This document shows, piece after piece, positions 53,576 to 64,000 of a DNA stretch of 64,000 bases. The first letter of the stretch is position 1; each line of letters starts with the position of its first letter. A program made the position numbers and the translations under genes. Below the pieces are notes generated by a model. The model saw only the letters and a list, made by a program, of their open reading frames with translations. It ran no database searches and had not been told where the DNA came from. The DNA is from Phoronis australis (Eukaryota; Animalia; Phoronida): NCBI GenBank assembly GCA_002633005.1, contig NMRA01000615.1:1-64000 (forward strand). Reading direction: 5' to 3'.

Positions 53576-56097
53576 GTACGTAGTTATCTATCAATTGAAT
53601 TCATAATGGCGAGCATCTTCATCTGGCTAAGGGGTTAAGGGTCAAGTCGTTTTTTACTTAGTCATGTGAAAACGTTTAAGGCTGCTTAAAATGTCTTAAA
53701 ACTCAAAAGGAAAAAGTTTAGTTGGAACATTTTAAACTAAAACGTTTTTAAAAATCATGTGAAAGTTACGCGCTTTGTACATGTAGCTGGAACTTTTTAT
53801 CTCGCCATTCACAGTGAATCTAGACAATACTTATTGAGTGTGACGTAACACAATCCAATTCCTTATAGGTATACTTATGGACTCATGGACGATCTTGCGT
53901 GATTATAGTTCGCTTCTTTTTACTTCTTTATGGCAACGGCAAATTAAGTCGTCTGCTAACAGTTTTTTACCTGATGACGTCATATTGAAATGAGACGCCT
54001 CTCGCAAAGTAGCCAACGAGCCTTGAAAATGTATATAGTTTACGAGTTCACCGCTAGGTTGAATGGATATAGTTGAGAAAAGTGAACAGTAAAATGTCGG
54101 TTCTCCCGGTGAATAAGTATTTTTGGAGCGCTTCAATTTTGATGAGATTCGTTGTTTCATGCACAATGCGAATGTGATAGGCAAGGTTTCATGAAGGTTT
54201 AATAAATCTTGTTTAACAAGAGCAACATGACGTTAGATAGAATGACAGCATTGTTATTTAGGTCTAAGTTAAGACTAAAATAGTTTCATGAAACGTAACC
54301 CTGCTCGAGATTCACTCAAGCACAATAGTGTTACCAAATAAAAAAGGGAGCTCGCGTTTACCGAAAGGTGTCGCATCGCAAATACAGTGTACACGCGGCA
54401 AATACATGTAACTCTTGGTAACACTCGGCAGCTGTGGTTCAACTCCGTTGAAACATTTTTATTGAGCTTGAATGTGTGAATTTAAGTAGAACGCATGCTT
54501 AAGCGAAAATATTCTAGATAAAATGTGTTCAATTAATAGTCGTGTGAATATAGCTGTGAATAAAGCTATTGGCTTTTGATGGTTCTTTTAACCAGATTTA
54601 GAGGACAGGGACTATTATCCCCAATTGATAATGATACAAAATGGCTATTAACAACTTCTGCGCTGTCAACAGGTCTTAAAGTTAAAGACTACGAAGCACC
54701 GCCAGATTAGGAATTAATTAGTTCCTTCAAAGTTGCCTTTCAAAGCTGCGTCGACCACAGGAGGGTGAAACCTTTAACGTGGCGATTGGGGAAGTCTTAG
54801 AAGTTAACTTTTTCTTATTTCATCCATTAGAAACTAATATGTGGCAGCCATAAATTTTGACCCGTGAAAGTGGCCCTGGGTTCAATAACATGACGCGTGA
54901 AGGCAATCGTAAAATCTGAACTTAAAAAATGCCAAGCTTGGTTTTGGCCTATTAACAGATATTAAAAACGACTTTCCCATCCAATGCCCTGGAGCATGAT
55001 AATGCTCTGTAACCCTCGACAACCCTCGAGATTTTAGAAAAAAATGAAAACCCCTTTCAAAGTCCGCAAGCGTGACCTTCCTTTTTTTTCGAAGGCAACT
55101 TTGGGGAAAGATCTCCCACCGGGAACTATGATATCCAGTCGGTCACATGGTTAGTAGGAGTTTTTAGCTGATTCCTGCCTTTATCTTTCAAGACTGACGC
55201 CAATGATGGATTGGCAGGTGACAGAATGAGTTGGCTGAAGTCGTCAAAACACGAGACTTCATTGTCCTTTCTATGAAGCGTCGCATTTTCAATAATGCGC
55301 CTACGATTGTATTAGGTACATGTACACGTACGACCTAACTTACGACCGTTGATAAAATGGGCGCCAGGGAGTTCAAAACAACTGTTGCCTTGGGAACTAG
55401 ACTACACCCCTTCTTTTGCCACCCAAGGTACTAGTCGCCTGCCAAACTACCACTGACTGGCATACTTCATGTATGTGCACCGAATGCTTTGTAGATGATT
55501 TTTTCCTCTTGTCCATGGGATAAGAGTGTTGAAATTAAACAGGACATCTACAAGATTCAGCAAGTTTCTGGGCAAAAAAGCGACTGACTATACATTGTTT
55601 TTCGAGTAGAGTCCGTTTCAGTTCTGGCTGAATCTCGACAAAATCTCGTCAGGTATCCATGTTATCGAAATTGAGTCACCTAACTGCGCAACTTCTTTGG
55701 ATAAATAAACAGTTAGCTACTAAGCGCTACAACGTCATCTTGAACTCGGACAAAACTTCAACAAGAACGCAACGTGTATTTTATAATGGCAAAATTTCGA
55801 CATACATGTAACGGCCAAATAATTCTGCCGAACCCAGTCTAGTTTATTTTGAAAATTGCACTAATATGTATACATGTGGTGGTCAATTTAGCCATTCACA
55901 ACCGATTTGACGCCGCCGCCCTCTGTTGTGCAGCTTGTAAGATTTGTTCTCATTAGTTGCTATTATCTTGCCGCTTTCTCTCCGACTCTGCTGCCTTTCG
56001 ACGAAGGTGCAATGATGAAAAGCAATACATCTTTTCACGGTGTTTAACTCTGATGCTATTGCGACACATATTACATGACCATCTCCACACGTTATAG

Positions 56098-56465
56098 ATT
56101 CAAAGACGCCGAAGTCAAGCGCGAAAAAGATTTGACTTATGGATTGAGAGACAATGTTCCACCTGGTGCTCACGAGCTAACACATGTGAAGCCAAACGTC
56201 AACTTCGGGGTAGTGGTCACTGGCGTGAACTCGCGCGGCGACGGTTATGCATTTCCGGCTGGTTTACGACACGCGCTGACACACCAGGCCTGCGAGCCGA
56301 CGAAAGGAGACTCACCCGGGGACGGAGTCGATAACGACTGTGATGGTAAGACGGACGAGGAGGTGTTAAACTCTTCGGACGACGACAACGACGGCAAAAC
56401 GGATGAAGATTTAGCGGACGAGAGCAAGTCATACAAGAGAACCGGTCGTGTTACTCCAATCTTCG
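56098..56465 (+). CDS. Copy C exon 6 (domain end plus acidic DNDCDG motif)
   Basis: Acceptor gttatAG, donor G|GTAAGA. Encodes GYAFPAGLRHALTHQAC...GDGVDNDCDGKTDEEVLNSSDDDNDGKTDEDLAD. Read-through would stop at 56551. Confidence 0.9.
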
Positions 56466-57955
56466 GTAAGAGTGTTTGGAGGCGTGGTTTTATCAATAGT
56501 TTTCGAAAAATGAGAGCAAGTATAATACGCTTTTTACGCCAAGGTCCTTAATGATTAAAACTGTTCAACTGAGATTCGTGTTCTAGCAAACTAAACAAAA
56601 CAGCTACAGATCCAGAACAACAACTCTGTACATGGACTTGATCACGACATCTAGGAAGATGTTATGTCAATGGCCTTATTAGAGTTGTACTCCGCCAGTT
56701 TCTCCAGTTCAACCGGCTAAGGCATGTGATTGGTTCTATATGACGACTTGCAACTTACATGTGTAGACACATGACGCCCTTTTAGATTTAAATTTCCATT
56801 CTTTGTGCGGTGGTATACTGTACAGCAGTCGAGTCGTCTCATTGTGTGGCTCACGGCCAACAAACGAATAGTGATTGTTTCACTTTTCTTTTGTTGTAGT
56901 TAACCGGTTTTTCTCATTCAAACAACAATGAAACGTCCAATTTTAAACAAATGGTTTGTTTTTGTTTGTTGTGCGCAGTGTCTTAAATTGGCGGGAAATA
57001 ACATGTTGCCTCGTACAGGTAACCATTAGCTCTGCCACCCCGTTCCCTCAACCCCAACAAAAGAGAAGCCGGTCGCACAAGTCGTGATAAGGAAATCAAG
57101 TGCCTTCCCCGGTTCGTAAAGAGTAAGCGGCGAATTTGTTCGAATGGGGCCACTGTTCTGTAAACATCCTCAGCACGTTTAAATAAGTCTGTTCTATGCA
57201 AATGTTGCTAAACTGACAGGCGTGGATAACGTTTTGGGCAAATGAATTGACGCCAATGGAATAAATCCACGCACCTCCAAGCAAGAAACCCAGTCAACAC
57301 GTTTTAGCTCATTAAAGTTTTTTTCTATCAGGGGGGTTGTTCATCTTGCAAAACCCATGTTTAGGCTCTAGAACTAGACCGGCAGCCCAGAGCACTTAAC
57401 GAGGTACCAACTTTGCACTTAGAATCATTGGTATATACGGGAATGGAGGTCTTCCGTTGTCTGCACTCTGGGTGTGACCCCCAGGGACCTTACAAGGGAG
57501 CTAGATATTCAAGGCACCGCCCAAAACTGATTTAAAACGGACAATAGTACCGCACAGAACACCGCATGACCCATGACAGACAAATTACACTCTCGGGAAT
57601 GGGTCCCGCAGAAACCAAAAAAGGACCCCCCCCAAAAAAAAAAAATGAGCGCGCTCCTATACATTCGAGGTACCACAAAAAATTCCACTCGATTCAATAC
57701 ATGTCACTGATCACTAAATGCACCATGACAGAAAAAATACACTCTGAGCTGTGCCCACTAGAAACCTCCCCAAAATACGAACCACGGCGTGCCATTGAAA
57801 ATTTGAGCTAGATTAGATATTCGAAGTACCAGCTAAAACTGATTTAAAAAGAAACAATATCGCACTGAACACCAAATTACCCTAGACAAACAAATCGCAC
57901 TCTGGAATGGGCTTGGTACAACCTAGAGTGCATTTTATCTGGCATGAGACATTTA

Positions 57956-59142
57956 CAGGCGATTTCACACAGGTGGTCTAACAAAACCAAGTTTAAGACT
58001 TAAACCTGGTCTAATTTTAGACCTGACATGCTTTTCACCAATTGAATGAACATGGTTTAAGAGTCTGAAAGCCTGGTTTTGCTAAACCAGGGAGCTGGTT
58101 CAGTAAAACCAGGTTTAAAGTATTAAAGGCACCCCATTGTGTCGAGCTGGGTAAACCCAACAAAAAAACTACTGAAGTGCTTCAATGAAACCTTGATCAC
58201 GTGGGTATACAATGGCATACACTAGTAGACTTAGCGCAGACAGTTACGAAAAGGGTCTAAATGCTTTTCTTATGAGGAAAAATTTAATTTCTGTGCCCAA
58301 CACACACACACATCAAAGAACGTGCTCATGATTAGATGTAACATGATGAATGCCCAAATTTATTTCCGTGTCATTTTAGTGTTTATTTTTCGCGGCCAAA
58401 GGGGAGGGGCAAGATCCCTTCCCGGCAACATTAAATCGGAGAACAGTGGAGGTCGAACTCAGAAGAATCAGAAGATGCTGTCTTAAGTCAAATCCGTAGT
58501 GCTTACGACAATGACGCCCTACTCGACCAGTCGTATTCTGAGGAATCCGCAGGCAGGACACACTCCAGCACGTACTGGTCTGCGCATAGGCTGGTAAAGG
58601 GGGGTCAAGGTGTCCGGAGCCCCCTTTTTCCCTTGATTTTGGTGATATCAAATCTATAATTTTCAATTTGTTGACTTGATCCTCCCTTTCAAAAAGTCCT
58701 TGACCGCCCCCCCCCCTTTAAAAATCCGCCCCTGCTACAATTGATCTTGTGTCGTAGTAAAACTGAGTATTGAAAATAGTCCATTTTCGCTCTAAAACTG
58801 CGTCGCAAAAGCACTCAGCGGATTATTCAGTTGTACCCATACTATGCAAGTCTGACATATTTTTACATACGTCAGACCCAGGTTTAACTTAAAATTAAGT
58901 TAAACCTGGGTCTGACCAAGTCTAAAGTTAAACATAGTTTAAGATACAGGTCTAAAGAATATAGACCTCCTTGGTGAAATGAAAACTGACTTAGACCAGG
59001 TCTAAACTGGAGTTAAACCAGGTTTTACTTGACCACTGGTCTAAAACTTAAACCACCTTTATGAAATGCACATTATCGTTAAACCTTGTCTAAGTTCAGT
59101 TTAAACCAGGTTTAATTTTAAACCACCTTTATAAATCGGCTG
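57956..59142. mobile_element. PIF/Harbinger-like MITE nested in the foldback element
   Basis: TIR CAGGCGATTTCACACAGGTGGT matches the reverse complement CAGCCGATTTATAAAGGTGGT. Flanks are TTA and TTG. There are many aaaccagg / cctggttt subterminal motifs and a 22-bp-arm hairpin at 58871-58916. Confidence 0.65.
58585..58734. mobile_element. hAT-like G/C-tract MITE nested inside the Harbinger-like MITE
   Basis: CATAGGC...AAATCCGCCCCTG, same style as the elements at 5703 and 6048. Flanks are ctgcg and ctaca. Confidence 0.5.
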
Positions 59143-60099
59143 TTGGTGGTCAATGGCATGTATTAAATCACATGGAATTGGTTTTTTGTGATACCTCGAA
59201 TGTACAGGTGTGAGTTAGATCATTTTTGGGGGTACAGAGTATGATTTGTCTGTCATGGGTCATTCGGTGTTCAGTGCGGTACTATTGTCCGTTTTTAAAC
59301 TGATTTAAATATCAGTTTTGGCCAGTACCTCCAATAACTAATCTAGTTCATTTTTGGCCCCTTGTAAGGTCCCCAGGAGTCACATCCGGAGTTGAGACAA
59401 CGGTAGACGTGCATTTCTGTAAATACTGAGGTGGGCTCTAAGTGCTCCTATTGTCAGACGTTGGTACCTTGTTCATCTATGCTAATTGCTCTGAGCTGCC
59501 GGTCTAACCTTGTCAACATGAAGTGAAGGTTTGATTCCNGGAAACGTTCAAAACGGCCGCAAACCTTGTGAAAATTGTGCAAGCAGTCTTCGGGACTTAT
59601 ATTCGGGAATCAGTGTATTTATATTCTAAAATCTTCAGAAGCTCAAACCGAGGTAGATGGTAGGCCTACGTTCGAAAACGGAGACGTGAGGTAAACTTTC
59701 AATAAAGCATCACAAAAAGTGTATGTTTAGCGTAAATCTATCAACGTTAGTACATGCAGGTGTTGTCAATTATCTCTTAACAACTTTATCTGTTTACTGT
59801 GATGAAATATGTGCTCTTGGAATATAGCTGCTATTTTAATTTAGTTGTTTTTCGTGTTTGTTGGCGAATTACTTTATAACTGCACAAGTGATGATCAAAT
59901 GCAAAGTGGTTGCCGTTTAGAGACTTCCGGGTGCTTTGTAACAAGTTTCAATTCAAAGGAAGGATTAAAAAGTGATCACTAGAAAAAAATTTCAGTTACA
60001 TCTTTTGTTCGTTTTTCGACAGGAATCGATGCATGTTTTACTCCAGAATCTCAGGATAGCGGTATGTCCCTTCAACAGGCTCCAATACGTTAGAGTTGG

Positions 60100-60522
60100 C
60101 GAGGCCTGATTAAGGGTCTACTTCTAACCTTTGTACTCGAAACGAACTCGAATTTATTTTTTGGCAATTTCTCTGCTCCTTTCGTGCGAAATCAACATAA
60201 GTGGTTATAAGACTGTGCTCGAATACATTATATTTTATGCATATGAGTTTCAAATCTAAGTTTGCACTTAAAAATCCTAATATTCGTGCTACAAACTCGA
60301 GTAAAAACTCTAAATTTCGAGTTCAAACTCGACCTTTTAGCCTTAATGTTGGGTTTATCAACTGCAAACTAGGACTAATAAATTATCCACGTAAGTCATT
60401 ATGTACTCGAGCATAGAATAATAGACACTTACATGTATCTTTAGTTCCTACAAAAGCAGTGTAGAAAGTGCCAAACATAATTTCGAGTTCCATTTTGAGT
60501 AAAAAGATTAGAGACTGGGCCC
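60100..60522 (+). mobile_element. MITE-like repeat; an inverted sister copy lies at ~63210-63608
   Basis: atattcgtgctacaaactcgagtaaaa (60280) pairs with ttttattcgagtttgtagcacgaatat (63413). Colinear reverse-complement similarity extends over about 400 bp. Confidence 0.7.
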
Positions 60523-61241
60523 ACACAGTCGTAAACAACTCCGGGCCAAACTCGAGATGTCGAGGAAATAATTCACACGATGTTATATTGGCAAGAAAAA
60601 CATACCCAGTGGGGATTTGGATTTTTAAAAATCTGTGACCGAATAACTGAAATCACAAGTTCAAATGACACGCGAAAGACTTTGCTAATTACCTTTATAC
60701 ATCATTAATGTTTGTATCTCCCTATACAATGGACGGGTTCAACACGACAACAGGCAGTTCAAATGTGTCTGGATTGCAGATTTGGGGGGGGGGNGTAGCT
60801 GAAAAAATTTTGTCGTGGTGGCTGTCGTTGGTTTGGAAGTTCAAATACACAAATCGAGTCTCTGAGGCAATTCGGCCGCCGCGTGTTACACTCTTTCACA
60901 GAGCTACGAAAAGTATCACAGCGGAATGTTTTTTATCATGGCTTCTGATTGGTTAAAGAAATGAAACCGACGTCATATCATTCAGTCATTCCCGATGGTT
61001 GAAATCTGGGAAATCCCTTTCAGTTTATTGTTACGTAGTACGGCGACCGCCTTTGACTTGAATAGTTGCAATTTATTAAAACGGGCTGAAATCGAAGTAA
61101 ACAAAATCAAAGGAACCCCGAATCCGTAGCTAATCCCAAACAAGTACAGTGTATAGAAGCGTGTGCAAGTGGTGGCGATGTGATCGATTTTGCCTTTTTT
61201 GAACATCTACATTTAAAGGAATTGTTCACATGTTTTATTGA

Positions 61242-61747
61242 TCAAATATACAAGTCAGACTCTACATTATTTCTTAGATATTCGCGTTTGCCTACTCCGT
61301 AGCGTAAAGGTCTAATCTTGTGCTCACATATCATACCGTGTGTCAGCAGTCTCACCCATTCAGAGGCAGGAATATGCTTTAGGTCTTCACATAGGACAAA
61401 ACTACCCCTTTTCGCAACTTTTCCCAGCATATTTCCTAAATACATGAAATCCCTGATTCCTCGTCCGCTTGATCTTGGACTTGACCGTGGTGACGGTGTC
61501 AATTGTTTACCATTATGCATGTCCTGTCCGTACAGTGGAGACATTCGTCGGACAGAACTAACTTCTGGCAAGATTTTTACAAACTCTTTTAGCGTGGGAT
61601 TTCTGGCGGACCCACGGGTCAATATGTAGAGAATACGGCTCACGTAATCCCGGGAGGTTGCGAAGTCGCTTGACATCTGCGTGACTCTGTCTCCAGTATC
61701 CGCCAGTTCCTCCCAACCACCTAGACCATCGTATCTCAGGGGAAACA
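61242..61747 (-). CDS. Terminal exon of a putative neuropeptide/prohormone precursor
   Basis: Strong acceptor tgctgttttcttttcAG (phase 1) and an open frame of ~168 codons to TGA. Contains KR-GSFVLCEDLKHIPASEWVRLLTHGMICEHKIRPLRYGV-GKR. Confidence 0.6.
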
Positions 61748-62284
61748 CTGAAAAGAAAACAGCACGTGTAAAACCTAGTCCAATAAGGCAGTAACAGAAG
61801 GTATTTAAGATTGTTTATTTTGAAGTTTATACATGTTCCCGGGCCCATAGTCAGCTGTTAATGCGCTCTGCCGCGTGCTTTCCCTTCAGGGGCTACTTTC
61901 CTTTGCTTTAATTGTTCTCCAGAAATCGTTGGTCTTCGTTGTAAATGTCTCAAGCTGAAATTAATAGTTTGGTTAACATCTTGGAACTGTACATACATGT
62001 AGTTAGTGACTTACGGACATTTTCGAAATCGTATGAGTTGCTAAATTAGCTACAGTTGACATCTGCTGCTCTTCAATCCAGTTCCCACCGAAAGGGTGCC
62101 GGTAAAGAATACTGCGCTTGTTTCGTGCATCCTTATTTTAAACAAGAGTGTATCATGATTTTGAAACGTTCGAAATGCACTGGAAAAAATGTAATAACAA
62201 GTAACTACGGAGATCAAGGGCTGAGGTCAAGTATTGGCCAGTGATGTCGATATTTGCTTTTGTTATTAAATAGGCGTCGTAAAA

Positions 62285-62708
62285 TACGCAATGTCCAAAA
62301 ACGAATTAACGTTGGAAAACGGGTTCAGGAATTATAGTTTGAAGGCTTAAATTTTTGTGCCCAAGAAGAACACCGCTTCTTCACAAAAATCAGAAAAGCT
62401 AAAAACTATGTAAAGTGTACAAACTTTATATACGATATGAGTTTTGAGGATTTTTAGTACGGGATTGGTCATTTTTGGTGGAGATAAACCCGGAANATAC
62501 GCAATGTCCAAAAACGAATTAACGTTGGAAAAAGGGTTCAGGAATTATAGTTTGAAGGCTTAAATTTTTGTGCCCAAGAAGAACACCGCTTCTTCACAAA
62601 AATCAGAAAAGCTAAAAACTATGTGAAGTGTACTAACTTTATATACGATATGAGTTTTGAGGATTTTTAGTACGGGATTGGTCATTTTTGGTGGAGATAA
62701 ACCCGGAA
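62285..62708 (+). repeat. ~211-bp direct duplication either side of a single N (62496)
   Basis: atacgcaatgtccaaaaacg...gataaacccggaa occurs twice with few differences. Confidence 0.85.
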
Positions 62709-63209
62709 GAGTAGTTTCTCGGGCCTGAAGTTCAGAACACCCGAACATAGGTTAATCGCGTACACCGCAGTCAAAGATTGCCATGTAAACTTACAAATGG
62801 TAAGTTTAACGATTCGTGTTTATGTATTATTATTTTTATTGTGTAATTGGTATAACAGCCAACAGACCAACTCCTACAGGTATTGCGACTTGCTGAGTTT
62901 AATTCATTTTACATCTTAAACGCTCCTGAGTGATCAGTTATTATGAACCTCTCTCTTTGATTGCCTTTCGTAATTATCTTTGTCGTCATTGTCATAATCA
63001 CCGTTATCACGTTGTTAAAAATGGTCCATGTCTTGGACTTTTTCCGAATGACGTAACCACGAAGGTAATTTAGCACTTGAAGTTTTACAAAATTATGTGT
63101 TAGGATTAATCGGTGTGCCCTCGCTGTGTGTCCCCAGGGAGTTGAGAAGGATTTCGATGGCGAGGTAATAATTTTCGAAGTGTTTAGTAATTACAGCGCT
63201 ACGTAAATC

Positions 63210-63608
63210 TGGGCCGGGTTCTAATCTTTTTACACAAAATGGATTTCGAAATTATGTTTGGCATTTTCTACTCTACTTTTGTGCGAACTCAAGATAAGTG
63301 TCCATTATTCTATGGTCGAGTACACAATGTTTTACGTGGATAATTTTTAGTCCTAGTTTGCAGTACCCAAGTTTGAGGCTTAAAGTTTGAGTTTGAAATC
63401 AGAATTTCGAGATTTTATTCGAGTTTGTAGCACGAATATAAGAATCATCAAGTGTAAACGCGGACTAAAAGCTCATATGCCTAAACTATAATGTATTGGA
63501 GCACGGTCTAATTAGCTAATAGCCACTTAGTTACCTTGAGTTCGCGCAAACGTAGCACAGAAATTGCCAAATGCTGATTATTTCGATTAGATTCTGAGCC
63601 CTGGCCTC
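63210..63608 (-). mobile_element. Inverted copy of the repeat at 60100-60522
   Basis: Reverse-complement similarity to 60100-60522, as described there. Confidence 0.7.
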
Positions 63609-64000
63609 ATTATTACCATCCCATCTAATTTTGTCATGAGTTAACTTTTTCCAAGACGTCAAAATGACGTGACACTAAATAAGCAAATAGAGATTTGACC
63701 AAAGACAGCCGTCACTGCGAGTTATACGTTTACGAGCTTGTGGTAACCTGTTCATGAATGGCACGTTTATCTTTGATGTTTGTGACACGTGACGTGTTCC
63801 TGTTTTTCCGGTGACATCTGATAGCTTAAACGACTGCAGTGTTGATGACAAACTTGCTAATAATCAGATTGCTACTGATTTGATGGTCAAGTACTGATGA
63901 GCTATTGAAATGGTATAGGAGCGATCATACATTGCGCAGGCGCTCGAATTTCCCGATGACTCGTAACCATATATAAGAAACATACATGTAAAGGTTGGAC

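Larger units (their letters stand above)
57372..59510. mobile_element. Foldback element (inverted arms ~57372-57730 and ~59150-59510) hosting nested insertions
   Basis: tagaccggcagcccagagca pairs with tgctctgagctgccggtcta. ggacaatagtaccgcac...atgacccatgacagacaaat pairs with atttgtctgtcatgggtcat...gtgcggtactattgtcc. Confidence 0.75.

Noticed and set aside
62285-62708. Tandem duplication as a biological event
   Set aside because: The copies meet exactly at a single N, typical of an unmerged contig overlap.
63100-63210. SINE-like 3' tail (ccccagggagttgaga...agcgctacgtaaat)
   Set aside because: The resemblance is from memory only, and no head or TSD was identified.

Overview
This is AT-rich, intron-containing, repeat-dense animal DNA. 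The organism is probably a marine invertebrate; lophotrochozoan-like is an inference. The window holds four coding elements. (1) A single internal spectrin-repeat exon on the minus strand (479-679). (2) A Penelope-type GIY-YIG endonuclease ORF spanning an N gap (~2969-3503). (3) A + strand tandem cluster of three paralogous multi-exon genes. Their products combine an IgGFc-binding (FCGBP N-terminal-like) domain with an acidic GDGxDNDCDG...DDDNDG...DEDLA metal-binding-type motif. Where the last exon is present, a transmembrane helix and acidic tail follow. Copy A has only its last two exons (11333-12883). Copy B is essentially complete (~16960-39376). Copy C (47324-56465) has no TM exon in the window. 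(4) A minus-strand terminal exon (61242-61747) that looks like a neuropeptide precursor, with a 38-aa two-Cys peptide bounded by KR and GKR. Between these lie many non-autonomous transposons: a Kolobok-like element with TTAA TSD, hAT-like MITEs with 5-bp TSDs, Harbinger-like MITEs, HINE-like arrays, tRNA-derived SINE heads, foldback elements, and a MITE containing six nested hairpins. All exon models were derived by hand from splice signals, intron phase and paralogue alignment. Family names are from motif recognition, not database searches.
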